Origin: a virus
Lineage: Duplodnaviria > Caudoviricetes
Strand: one strand, 5' to 3'
Virus record (IMG/VR): IMGVR_UViG_3300017971_000297
Coordinates: 1-63,645 of that record
DNA length: 63,645 nt
Numbering within the stretch: the stretch's first letter is position 1; each line of letters opens with the position of its first letter. A program made the translations under genes and the position numbers. Below the pieces are notes generated by a model. The model had not been told where the DNA came from, ran no database searches, and saw only the letters and a list, made by a program, of their open reading frames with translations. This document shows, piece by piece, positions 26,476-35,435 of the stretch.

Positions 26476-26662
26476 AAAGAAAAAGGGTAAATACATAGGA
26501 TTTGCTAAATTAGCCAAAAAAATTGGAGCAAAGGGAGATGTTAAAGATCCCAAGGCTGTTGCTGCTGCTATTGGGCGCAAAAAGTATGGTAAAAAAACTA
26601 TGCAAAAAGCTGCCGCAAAAGGAATTAAAGTTCCAAACTTAAAGAAAAAAAAGAAGAAATAA
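26468..26662 (+). CDS. Small Lys-rich protein
   Basis: MAKKKKGKYIGFAKL...KDPKAVAAAIGRKKYGKK; ATG 26468 after AAGGAAG. Confidence 0.7.
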   Translation: MAKKKKGKYIGFAKLAKKIGAKGDVKDPKAVAAAIGRKKYGKKTMQKAAAKGIKVPNLKKKKKK

Positions 26663-26664
26663 CT

Positions 26665-26898
26665 ATGGCTACTGCTTCGAAAAAGTATAAAGATCGTCTT
26701 AAGGGGGGCCTAGCGGATAAAAGTAAGCCCTCGGATTTTAATAGGAAACAACTATCTAAAGGTATCAAAGTAGAGTTAGAGCATACTAATGATAAAAAGA
26801 TTGCCAGAGAGATAGCTATGGATCACTTAAAGGAAGATTCTAAGTATTATACTAAGTTAGCAAAAATGGAAAAAAAGAAATCAGGGAGAAAGAAATAA
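26665..26898 (+). CDS. DUF5661-like small protein
   Basis: GIKVELEHTND...AREIAMDHLKEDSKYYTKL. Confidence 0.78.
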   Translation: MATASKKYKDRLKGGLADKSKPSDFNRKQLSKGIKVELEHTNDKKIAREIAMDHLKEDSKYYTKLAKMEKKKSGRKK

Positions 26899-27038
26899 TG
26901 GCTTTCAAACGTAGAACCAAACAAGAGATGGAAGAACGTAAGCAAAAAGCTAAAAAGTCTCTTAAAAAAATTGAGAAAAAAGAGGAAAAGTTAGAGAAGG
27001 TTGTAGAGGAAAAACCTAAAAAGAAAAAAAAGAAGTAG
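26898..27038 (+). CDS. Small Lys/Glu-rich protein (46 aa)
   Basis: Hand-translated MAFKRRTKQEMEERKQKAKKSLKK...KPKKKKKK*; TAATG overlap. Confidence 0.6.
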   Translation: MAFKRRTKQEMEERKQKAKKSLKKIEKKEEKLEKVVEEKPKKKKKK

Positions 27039-27046
27039 GAGTTTAA

Positions 27047-27742
27047 ATGGCTCGCTCATCTAGTGTAGATGCCGTTGAAAGATTCAGATTCAACGTATAT
27101 GTGTTTAATATTGGGTTTGATCTGTCCAATATAGCTAAAAATTTCACGGGGTTCCTACGGGCAGGTTTTACAGAGGTTACTCTTCCCAGACAAACCACTG
27201 GGGTAATGGAGTACCGCGAGAATGTAGACCAAGCACATCCACAGTTAATCCCAGGTATAACTAGATTTGAGCCTATAGTTTTGAGGAGAGGAGTTACCTC
27301 TAGTTCCGATTTTTTTAGATGGGCTAAAGATACCCATAATCCCTCTAGCATAGTTTCTACTGCCATCCAACGGCTCAATGGAGATGCTTCCGCAGCTCCT
27401 CCCGCCCAAACAGCAGATTTTCGCAGAGACGTTCTTATTATAGTATATGGTAGAGGTGGTGGAGTACAGACTGAAGATCCAACAGGTATTAGTCAAAGAA
27501 TTACTGGAGTTGCTGGAGCAGCTTCATCCGCTTTTGGACTTAATGCGCTGGGAGACGTAAAAAAGGCATGGCTCCTTAGAGATGCGTGGGTATCCTCATA
27601 TAAACCTGGGGATGATTTATCTGCTACGGAAGATACAACTAAGCTTGTAGAAGAAATCGAGCTACGTTATGAATCTTTTGAAGAAATCTCTCTTGAAGCC
27701 CTTACTAGTCAAGCCCTATCACTTGGTACAGGTATCCTTTAA
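27047..27742 (+). CDS. Tail tube protein 2 (gp19-like)
   Basis: DAVERFRFNV, AGFTEV, EYRE, PGITRFEPIVLRRGVT, FRRDVLI, W.LRDAWV, EEIELRYE. Confidence 0.88.
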   Translation: MARSSSVDAVERFRFNVYVFNIGFDLSNIAKNFTGFLRAGFTEVTLPRQTTGVMEYRENVDQAHPQLIPGITRFEPIVLRRGVTSSSDFFRWAKDTHNPSSIVSTAIQRLNGDASAAPPAQTADFRRDVLIIVYGRGGGVQTEDPTGISQRITGVAGAASSAFGLNALGDVKKAWLLRDAWVSSYKPGDDLSATEDTTKLVEEIELRYESFEEISLEALTSQALSLGTGIL

Positions 27743-28284
27743 TGGCTAGAAGTAATAATGCAGATCCATTAGATAGATTTAGGTGGAAGGTATACATTGT
27801 GGCACCGGCTGGAACTCAGTTTGCCCGAGCAGGATTTACTACCTGTTCTAGCCCGGGGATAACCCTAGATTTCGCAGCTTATGCTGAAGGGGGAAGCCAC
27901 ATGGTCCCTAGAATGATCCACAATGGTGCTACCTTTAAGCCCATAACTCTTACTAGAGGAGTTATATCCCAAACTGGAGTAGATGATTTCTCTAAATGGT
28001 TAGAGGATGCGTTTAAGGCCCTAAATCCGGAACCGGGCTCTGCCCCAGTACAAAACTACCGACGAGATATAGTTTTAGAACATTTAGATAGGGATGGAGA
28101 TGTAGTTAAACGGTACACTATGAGAAATTGTGTTCCCACGGCTTACGAACCAGCCTCAGATTTCGGAGCAGACGACGAATCTGCTCTGAGTGTCGAGACT
28201 CTAACCTTCAATTATGAGGGATTTGAAGAAGAAACAGGGGGCGATTTAACCTCAGTTTTAGATAATCTTAGAGGCCTATTCTAA
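27742..28284 (+). CDS. Tail tube protein 3 (gp19-like)
   Basis: DPLDRFRWKV, AGFTTCS, YAEGG, ITLTRGV, YRRDIVL, ETLTFNYE. Confidence 0.88.
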   Translation: MARSNNADPLDRFRWKVYIVAPAGTQFARAGFTTCSSPGITLDFAAYAEGGSHMVPRMIHNGATFKPITLTRGVISQTGVDDFSKWLEDAFKALNPEPGSAPVQNYRRDIVLEHLDRDGDVVKRYTMRNCVPTAYEPASDFGADDESALSVETLTFNYEGFEEETGGDLTSVLDNLRGLF

Positions 28285-28299
28285 TATCAAGGAGGAATT

Positions 28300-29040
28300 A
28301 TGATTATTGAATTACCCTGCGGCATCGTAAAAGATGGCGTGGTATACGACCATGTTCGGATTAAGGAACTTACCGGCAAACAGCAAAACTACTTAATGGA
28401 CTTTGATCTAGTGAGTGATACTCTGGGGCATATCCCCAAACTACTTACAGACCTTGCTGTTGAATACCAAACTAAAGATGGTAAAGTAGCCGATATTAAA
28501 CCAGAAGAGACTGTATGGCTGATTAGCACGGATGATATAGAAGTTATCCTTGTCAAGATTCGTCAGGCTACTTTTGGAAAAATGTTGGCCATGCAAGTCA
28601 CCTGCCCCCGTTGTGGGAAACAACAAACCGTTAGTTTGGATCTTTCTAAACTTAAAATTAAGAATCTGAAGGATAAAAAGAAAAGGTCTGTATCGCTTAC
28701 TCTTAAAAAGTCTAAGAAGAAAGTAGTCGTGAGGTTGTTGGGATTGCAGCAACTCTTTGATTTGAATGCTGCCATTAGAGAAGCCAATAAAGAGTTCTAT
28801 ACTACTACGGTGGCGCTCTCTTTGGAAGAGATAGACGGCAAAAGTCCAGTTAAACCAGAGGATATTGAAGATATTCCGTTAACCGACTTACAGCAAATTG
28901 ATAAGGCCTTTGATAAAATTAGAGGATCAATCGATAATAAAATAGAGCATGAATGTGATGCTTGTAAGTCTGAGTTTGATACCCCGCTCCCAGTTGTGGA
29001 ACCGGGTTTTTTCGCCCCGTCGCAGACCCTTTCAATATAA
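28300..29040 (+). CDS. Tail assembly chaperone (T4 gp26-like, two CxxC)
   Basis: IELPCG, VTCPRCG, HECDAC, ends PGFF; lies between the tubes and tape measure. Confidence 0.75.
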   Translation: MIIELPCGIVKDGVVYDHVRIKELTGKQQNYLMDFDLVSDTLGHIPKLLTDLAVEYQTKDGKVADIKPEETVWLISTDDIEVILVKIRQATFGKMLAMQVTCPRCGKQQTVSLDLSKLKIKNLKDKKKRSVSLTLKKSKKKVVVRLLGLQQLFDLNAAIREANKEFYTTTVALSLEEIDGKSPVKPEDIEDIPLTDLQQIDKAFDKIRGSIDNKIEHECDACKSEFDTPLPVVEPGFFAPSQTLSI

Positions 29041-29219
29041 TACCCACCGAATATATAGATCATCGATCTGATTTGCTATGTGATTATGGGTATTTAGGTG
29101 AAACCTACAAATGGGGTCCGGATCAGATAGATGTACTTCCGTGGAGTTTTCGGAAGGAATTAATAGAAATAGATAAAACTGCTAGACAGGAAATGACACG
29201 AGATGGCAGGAGCGCATAG
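29004..29219 (+). CDS. -1 frameshift extension of the tail chaperone (G/GT-type)
   Basis: Slippery heptamer G-GGT-TTT at 29004-29010 in the chaperone frame; the -1 frame is open to TAG 29217-29219 (FRPVADPF...YLGETYKWGPDQIDVLPWSFRKELIE...) and has no ATG near its 5' end. Confidence 0.75.
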   Translation, partial: GFFRPVADPFNIIPTEYIDHRSDLLCDYGYLGETYKWGPDQIDVLPWSFRKELIEIDKTARQEMTRDGRSA

Positions 29220-31203
29220 CGTAACTATAGTTATTAGCGCCCACAATAGGGCCTCTAAACCAATTAGAGCTGTCCACAAGGACTTGAATAGGTTTCGTAC
29301 TGAAGTTGTACGTTTCAACCGAAATCTATTTACAGCTAGTGCTATTATAGCCACTTTTGCGGCTGGATTTAGGAGAGCCTTCAACCTTACGGGTGTGGGA
29401 GCCCAATTTGAGTTTGTACGACAACAGTTTTTACAAACATTTGGAGAAGGGTATTTGATGACTCTTAAGAAGGCTTCTAGATATACCATGGACGCAATGA
29501 CTACCATGCAATTAGCCGTTAAGAATCATGCTAGAGGTCTTAAGAAGTGGGAAACTGAGAAGATATTTACTCTATCTGTAGGTGCTGCAAAGATTCTAGG
29601 TACCTCCACTGCGAATGCAGCCAAGCAGATGTCTGCCGCTTTTACTAACCTAAGTGTCAAGGGCTTACAGACCTTCCTTGTTGCTCTAAATACCAATAAC
29701 CAGTTCTCTAACATGAATGTATTAATTCAGAAACTTACCAAGGGCTTAAATGCGGCTGGTAGGATGACGGAGAACTTTCGTAGAGTAGCCTTAGCAGAAC
29801 TATCCAAGACTCTCATGAGATTTGTAGATACTGGAGACAATGCTCTTCAAGTGATAATGATGACTAAGGCTAGTTTTCAAGATCTTAAATCGGTTATTGG
29901 TTCCTTTCTTGGCAGAGCCATAGCTCCTCTGGCTAAACAGATGGCTATGCTAAACTTTAGTATTTTTGCTAAGTTACTGCCTATTTTAGATGGTACAGAC
30001 TCTAAGATGCGTAGTCTTAGGAGTGGTATAGTAGCTCTAACGCAATCTATAGGAGGTTTAGTAGCCACTATTGGTGGTGTTGTGGGAGGTTGGTCCCTAC
30101 TTCGTCTCCTATCTGCTACTCTGGGTTTCAGATTATCCACATTCGCCGGTATTGTGGGTCTCCTAGCTGGAGCTTTTATGTCAGCCAAGGATAGTTCTAA
30201 AGGATGGATGGAGACTCTGGCTGATATAGGCGCTGAAATGAAGTTTTATTTTCAAGCCTTTATGACTTATAAGGACGGAGTATCTACCTTTTCTAGGGAC
30301 GTAGCAACCCGTATTGGGGGTATGAGCCAGGAGTCCCAAGAACGAATTCTGATGATAGCTAAGGCTCTAGTTCAGGCTAAAGAAATTATGTTAGGTTTCT
30401 TTCAAGGCCTAAAAGCAGTTATGACCTGGGTAGGTAAGGCAGCCACTACAGTAGTTGATTGGACTCTGAAAGTAGCCAAGTTTTTTGGTCTGATTGATGC
30501 CAAGCAATTTTCTGCTGGAAGAGGCAAGCTTCTACGTGGTGTGGGGATGGTAGCTGGAGGAGCTTTGGGCGTAGGTCTTTTGGGTAATCTAGTAGCTAAA
30601 GCCTTTGGACGGAATTTAAACGTATTTAAAGGAGGTCTTTTTGGAAAAAGAGGAAGTAGCCCTACAAGGCCGTTATTTGTAATCGATGTCGGGGGCAAAG
30701 GAGCTGGAGTTGCTGGCGGACTACTAGGTAAAATACCTGGAGCTGGTGGAAGTGTTCTTAAAGGATTAGGTATTGTGGGGGTTCTAGGAGCCCTAGGAGT
30801 AGCGGTCTATAAGCTTACTAGCTGGTTAGATAAAAAGTGGGGAATGAGTACCGCCATCGGAGAAGGATTGGCTAAAATAACCCATCGACCACAGCTAGAA
30901 GGACATGTAGGAGCTAAAAAACTAGAAAATATTCTCTCTGGAAAAGCTACCGTTAGTGGAAAAAGATTAGATATTTCTCAACTTACTGAGCAAACTAGAA
31001 AATCTTTAGAACTGAGAAGCCAGCAAATGAGTAAGGGGTTAGGTTCTATAGATATGAACTTACTTTATAAAATTATGGAAGATGGAGTAATTACTCAAAA
31101 AGAGGCTAATAGGCTTTTAGATAGTATTGATCATAAAATTAGACTAGACGCTTTTGAAGCAGCAAATACCAAACCTACCGCCGCAAACTTCTTAGGTAAA
31201 TAA
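29203..31203 (+). CDS. Tape measure protein
   Basis: VTIVISAHNRASKPI start; helical A/G/L-rich with hydrophobic segments; GSSPTRPLFVID motif; position after the chaperone. Confidence 0.85.
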   Translation: MAGAHSVTIVISAHNRASKPIRAVHKDLNRFRTEVVRFNRNLFTASAIIATFAAGFRRAFNLTGVGAQFEFVRQQFLQTFGEGYLMTLKKASRYTMDAMTTMQLAVKNHARGLKKWETEKIFTLSVGAAKILGTSTANAAKQMSAAFTNLSVKGLQTFLVALNTNNQFSNMNVLIQKLTKGLNAAGRMTENFRRVALAELSKTLMRFVDTGDNALQVIMMTKASFQDLKSVIGSFLGRAIAPLAKQMAMLNFSIFAKLLPILDGTDSKMRSLRSGIVALTQSIGGLVATIGGVVGGWSLLRLLSATLGFRLSTFAGIVGLLAGAFMSAKDSSKGWMETLADIGAEMKFYFQAFMTYKDGVSTFSRDVATRIGGMSQESQERILMIAKALVQAKEIMLGFFQGLKAVMTWVGKAATTVVDWTLKVAKFFGLIDAKQFSAGRGKLLRGVGMVAGGALGVGLLGNLVAKAFGRNLNVFKGGLFGKRGSSPTRPLFVIDVGGKGAGVAGGLLGKIPGAGGSVLKGLGIVGVLGALGVAVYKLTSWLDKKWGMSTAIGEGLAKITHRPQLEGHVGAKKLENILSGKATVSGKRLDISQLTEQTRKSLELRSQQMSKGLGSIDMNLLYKIMEDGVITQKEANRLLDSIDHKIRLDAFEAANTKPTAANFLGK

Positions 31204-31205
31204 TT

Positions 31206-31928
31206 ATGAGAAAGTTCTTATCCTATACTTCTAAGCCCTCTTTACTAAAGGCATTTTTAATTCCAGTAGAAGAGAGAAATAATAGAATTCCAGTCTCTCA
31301 ACAGGACCAGAATATTCTAGAACTAGGTCAGTTTTATCTTAATCCCAATACTTGGAACGACAGTAAAGAAACTAAGTGGGTTAAGCATCTGGTTCCTGGC
31401 ATGAGCGATCCTCATCAGCAGTGGGTTGCTGGTGGTCCTAGAACTATTACTTTTGAGGCTCTCATTACAAGAGATCTATCCTTTAGTGAGGCAAAGAGTA
31501 AAAAAAATAAGACATCTATTGTAAATACCAGTAAAAAAAACTCTGTAGTAGCAGGTATAGCTTCTCTAGTACAAAAAATAGGTGGTCTTAGTGATTCTGA
31601 GTCTATTTTACAGCAAGGACAAAGAGAGGGCACATTTCTCAACTTAGATATTACCGAAAAGTTGAATTATTATAGAAGTTTACTCTATCCTAATATTTCT
31701 TCTTCTGCTAATCGTATATCCTCTCCTCCTAACTTAGTACGTCTAGTAGTTGGTAGTACGCTTGGAAAACGAGCCCAAACAGCTAGATTTGTAGTAGATA
31801 AGATAGAAATTAGAATAACTAAGCAATTTCCAGATCTAAGACCTATGGAAGCAGTCGTAGCTTTCACACTTACAGAATTCGTAGATAGGCCCCTATCTTC
31901 TAAAAATGATATCTTGACGGATGTGTAA
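31206..31928 (+). CDS. Tail tube initiator / CIS tube-like baseplate protein
   Basis: FYLNPNTW...W....VPGMSDP..QWVAGGPRTITFE; P.EAVVAFTLTE. Confidence 0.75.
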   Translation: MRKFLSYTSKPSLLKAFLIPVEERNNRIPVSQQDQNILELGQFYLNPNTWNDSKETKWVKHLVPGMSDPHQQWVAGGPRTITFEALITRDLSFSEAKSKKNKTSIVNTSKKNSVVAGIASLVQKIGGLSDSESILQQGQREGTFLNLDITEKLNYYRSLLYPNISSSANRISSPPNLVRLVVGSTLGKRAQTARFVVDKIEIRITKQFPDLRPMEAVVAFTLTEFVDRPLSSKNDILTDV

Positions 31929-32245
31929 TGGCTAATTTTAAACCAGGATCTAGATATACTAATGGTACTTTTACTCTTAGTCCGGAAGACAGTGAATTCC
32001 TTATTCTAAGAGAAAAATTAGATATTCCGGAATCTAGCGAAGATATATTTTTTATAGTGGAGGGAGAACATATATACAGACCAGAACTTATTGCTATAGA
32101 AGTATATGATAGGCCCGAACTTTGGTGGGCTATTGCAGATATCAATAATATCAAAGAGCCTATGTTTGACCTAGAGGTAGGGCAAGAACTACGAATTCCT
32201 CCCCTGTCTGCTGTATTACAGGCTCTAGACGTAATCAATAAGTAA
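31928..32245 (+). CDS. Baseplate LysM-like (gp53/P2 X-like) protein
   Basis: RPELIAIEVYDRPELWWAIADINNI..P..L..GQELRIP. Confidence 0.82.
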   Translation: MANFKPGSRYTNGTFTLSPEDSEFLILREKLDIPESSEDIFFIVEGEHIYRPELIAIEVYDRPELWWAIADINNIKEPMFDLEVGQELRIPPLSAVLQALDVINK

Positions 32246-32250
32246 AAGAT

Positions 32251-33942
32251 ATGTTAGCCAATTTAAACGAAATGAAAGCCCCCTACTTTGAAGTTAGAGT
32301 AGGTCCTCCATATGCTACAAGTGATCAACTGGTGCTACTACCGCCCCATATCCATAAACTCATTAATGTTTTTGAATATAGGGAGGTTGTAGACGGGGGT
32401 AAGGAATCTGCTAGTCAGGTCCGTATCCTTATCTATGAAGATAAAAATCAGTCTGGTTCTGTATTAGACTTGACTTTTGACAATCAGGCAGGGGTAAAAT
32501 CTCTAACTCCAGAAGAAGTACGACAGGGTAAGGTTTTAGCTGATAAAATTAAAGAAGAAGAGGAAATCCTTGCTAATATCTCCTTAGATGACATTAAAAA
32601 GAAAGAGTCCCAGGCTAAGAGAGTGGTTGCTCTAAGAAAAGAGCAGGAAGAATTGGCTTCTCAAGCTAGGTTTGTATTCCAGGAAAGAAATACTATAGAG
32701 GTTACCTGGGGTTATAAAAATACTGGTAAATATCCAGATTTTAGTCCTAGGACAGCTAGAGGAGAAATTCTTCAGGTTAGGCAGAGATTTCCTAACGCAG
32801 ATATGCCCGCTACGGAAGTTCTAGCCGTGGATCAGGGTTTAGGAGAAATGTCTAAAATCTATCCTCAAGAGGCTATTAATTTTACGGTGGGGAAAGTTAA
32901 ACAGCTCCTGAAAGATAAGGCTATTCCGGAAGGTACAACCGTAGATGAGGATAACCGAAAGAATACAGCTCCAGCTAGAGTAGATCACATACTACAGGCA
33001 CTGACCTATGGTGGTTTTCTTAAAAATGTGAGTTTACGTCTGTATCTGACTCCAGAAGAACTGGCCTTAGATATACAGGATGAACGTAGTGGTAGAATCT
33101 GGGGATTAGGTATGAATCTCCATGAATTTATTAGTGAGATGGCAGAAAAACTCTTTGCTCACTACTATATTACTACAGAGGGTAAGAATAACACGACCGT
33201 TATTAATTTTGTATCTCGACGCAAGTTTGAATCTGAAGCAGCTTTTCATTTCTTATGGAAGGGTGGTATCAAAGATAGGGGTATAGAAACAGACGGCAAG
33301 AATGTTATATATAATACAGTCAAAAGTCTGGATTTAGCTCTGTATCCCAGTGGAGGTTCTGGAGCAAGTTCCTCTGGAATATGTGGGATTACCAAAAAAC
33401 CTACTGGTCATATCGCGGGAGCCTCGGTCATATTTTCTCCCAGGCATGGTGAGTTGGAAAAGTTGAGGGTAGAACTTAACAAAGCGCATAATATTAGGGC
33501 TGTCCAGCCTCAAACTGCTGACCCCAAGAATGCGGAGCAGAATAATTCTACTGGACTATCTACCTACAAAGAGAACTGTGGATCTAATGACCATGTCGCT
33601 TCGGTGGATAGGTTAGCCGGTAGAATGGAAAGAAGTTTAAAACTATCCTTTCAAACTATTGGAATTCCTCTACTTACTCCGGGTACCATAAAGATGTCCA
33701 ATATAGGACTGAGGTATTCTGGTATTTATTATATGTTGTCGGTTCATCATCGGATTACCCCAGAAGAAGGATATACTTGCACTTGTGTGGGTGAATCTAA
33801 CTCCGTAGCTACCGGGGGAACTTCTATAGAAGGACCTCCAGTACGTACTGATTTGGCTGGGAATCTGAAAATACAAATAAGAGCAGACGTAGGCAAAGAG
33901 AGAAAAGATCTAGCGATATTTAAAAAAGCTCTAGGAAAGTAA
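32251..33942 (+). CDS. Baseplate hub protein (gp27/P2 D-like)
   Basis: IEVTWGY; IGIPLLTPG.I....IG.RYSGIYY..SV.H.I...GY.C. Confidence 0.78.
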   Translation: MLANLNEMKAPYFEVRVGPPYATSDQLVLLPPHIHKLINVFEYREVVDGGKESASQVRILIYEDKNQSGSVLDLTFDNQAGVKSLTPEEVRQGKVLADKIKEEEEILANISLDDIKKKESQAKRVVALRKEQEELASQARFVFQERNTIEVTWGYKNTGKYPDFSPRTARGEILQVRQRFPNADMPATEVLAVDQGLGEMSKIYPQEAINFTVGKVKQLLKDKAIPEGTTVDEDNRKNTAPARVDHILQALTYGGFLKNVSLRLYLTPEELALDIQDERSGRIWGLGMNLHEFISEMAEKLFAHYYITTEGKNNTTVINFVSRRKFESEAAFHFLWKGGIKDRGIETDGKNVIYNTVKSLDLALYPSGGSGASSSGICGITKKPTGHIAGASVIFSPRHGELEKLRVELNKAHNIRAVQPQTADPKNAEQNNSTGLSTYKENCGSNDHVASVDRLAGRMERSLKLSFQTIGIPLLTPGTIKMSNIGLRYSGIYYMLSVHHRITPEEGYTCTCVGESNSVATGGTSIEGPPVRTDLAGNLKIQIRADVGKERKDLAIFKKALGK

Positions 33943-33943
33943 T

Positions 33944-34801
33944 ATGTCAGTAAAACTACATGACTGGACAGGAGATACGGCTTATCTTGGTAAGTCTAAA
34001 GCTATCGTTGTAGATAATAAAGATCCAGACTACAAGGGTAGAATTAGGGTTCAGAGTCCAGTTTTTGGTATAACTGGTTGGATTCCTTTTCTAGTTCCAG
34101 ATGATGGATTTTATTCTGTACCTGATATAGGAAATGTGGTCTATGTGGAACCTGCGGGTGGAGATCTGCGTTATCCCATAGCCACGGCTCTTATAAATGG
34201 GGGAGAACTGGGAAGTAGGGATATTCCCCCAGCTTTTCAAAGAGAAGTTCCTACCAACAGAGGTTGGTTCAGTCCTGGAGTGCTTGGATCTACGGGCAGA
34301 CCAGAAGAGCTGAATAGTGGGCATTCTCTAGAACTAGATGACGGACTTGCTGTATTGGATGATGGATCAGTAACCCATACCGCAGAAGATAGGGGAGTCA
34401 GAGTAACCACTTCTGGTGGACACACCATTCGGATGCTAGAAGAGGCTTCGGACGGCGAACAACAGAATAGGGTAGATATTAAGACTTCGAAAGGCCTGAC
34501 CATAGAACTAATCGATGATAATGATGGCTCAGAGCCTAACAGGATTAGGATTAAAAATAGTACAGGCACTATTTATATAGATATCGATATGGAAAATGAT
34601 ATCATAGAGATAGATGCAGAAAATGTAAAACTAGGGACTAATGCGGCTGAGGCTATTGTAAGGGGAGACACTTTTAGGGACCTGTTTAATAGCCACCGGC
34701 ATGTATCTTCTGCTCCAGGCGTACCTACCGGGAAGCCTATTCAGCAGATGGACCCGTCTTCAGCAAATACTCACCTCTCAAGTAAACATACGGTAGAATA
34801 A
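33944..34801 (+). CDS. Baseplate central spike (gp5/gpV OB-fold)
   Basis: AIVVDNKDPDYKGRIRV, GFYSVPDIGNVVYV, SGHSLELDD, C-terminal FNSHRH. Confidence 0.88.
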   Translation: MSVKLHDWTGDTAYLGKSKAIVVDNKDPDYKGRIRVQSPVFGITGWIPFLVPDDGFYSVPDIGNVVYVEPAGGDLRYPIATALINGGELGSRDIPPAFQREVPTNRGWFSPGVLGSTGRPEELNSGHSLELDDGLAVLDDGSVTHTAEDRGVRVTTSGGHTIRMLEEASDGEQQNRVDIKTSKGLTIELIDDNDGSEPNRIRIKNSTGTIYIDIDMENDIIEIDAENVKLGTNAAEAIVRGDTFRDLFNSHRHVSSAPGVPTGKPIQQMDPSSANTHLSSKHTVE

Positions 34802-34811
34802 GGAGTAATCT

Positions 34812-35036
34812 ATGGCACTGTCAGCTTCCAGCATGAAAGATAAAATTAAGGCTAGACTCACAGCTCTGGGCGTTACGGATACAGATTTTGGAGAGACTGC
34901 TGACGGAAGCGTGACTATGGAACAGATTCTCGAAGCTTTCTGTCAAGGTGTAATCGATGAAATAACTACTAACGCCGTTGTTAATCAACCTAATGATGGT
35001 GGCGGTGATGCTGAAGCCCCAGGAACTATCGTATAA
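34812..35036 (+). CDS. Small spike-associated protein
   Basis: 74 aa between spike and gp25; AAGGAG RBS. Confidence 0.65.
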   Translation: MALSASSMKDKIKARLTALGVTDTDFGETADGSVTMEQILEAFCQGVIDEITTNAVVNQPNDGGGDAEAPGTIV

Positions 35037-35425
35037 TGGCTATTAAAAAGTATTTAGGAAAAGCTTTAAAATTTCCCATAGATACAAAGTTTGTACCAGA
35101 GGATGGTATTGATTTGGTATTGCAAGATGTGCAGCTTTTGCTACTAACCCGCCCTGGAGAAAGAGTCATGAGACCTACCTTTGGGTGTGGTATAAATACT
35201 CGTTTATTCGACAACATAGATACCGTAGCTAGTGTAGGAGCTGTAGATATAGCCGAAGCTATTAGGGATTTTGAACCTAGAGTAGATCTGTTAGAGGTTG
35301 TCCCTGTTATTCGAAGATCACAGGGGATAGTACTATTTACTATAAGAATGTTAATTAAAGACGCGAATGTAGAGAGGAACCTAGTCTTTCCTTTCAAGCC
35401 TGCATCTGAACTTAGTAACAGATAA
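35036..35425 (+). CDS. Baseplate wedge / sheath initiator (gp25-like)
   Basis: LLLTRPGERVMRPTFGC...AIRDFEPRV. Confidence 0.92.
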   Translation: MAIKKYLGKALKFPIDTKFVPEDGIDLVLQDVQLLLLTRPGERVMRPTFGCGINTRLFDNIDTVASVGAVDIAEAIRDFEPRVDLLEVVPVIRRSQGIVLFTIRMLIKDANVERNLVFPFKPASELSNR

Positions 35426-35435
35426 GGAATAAGAC

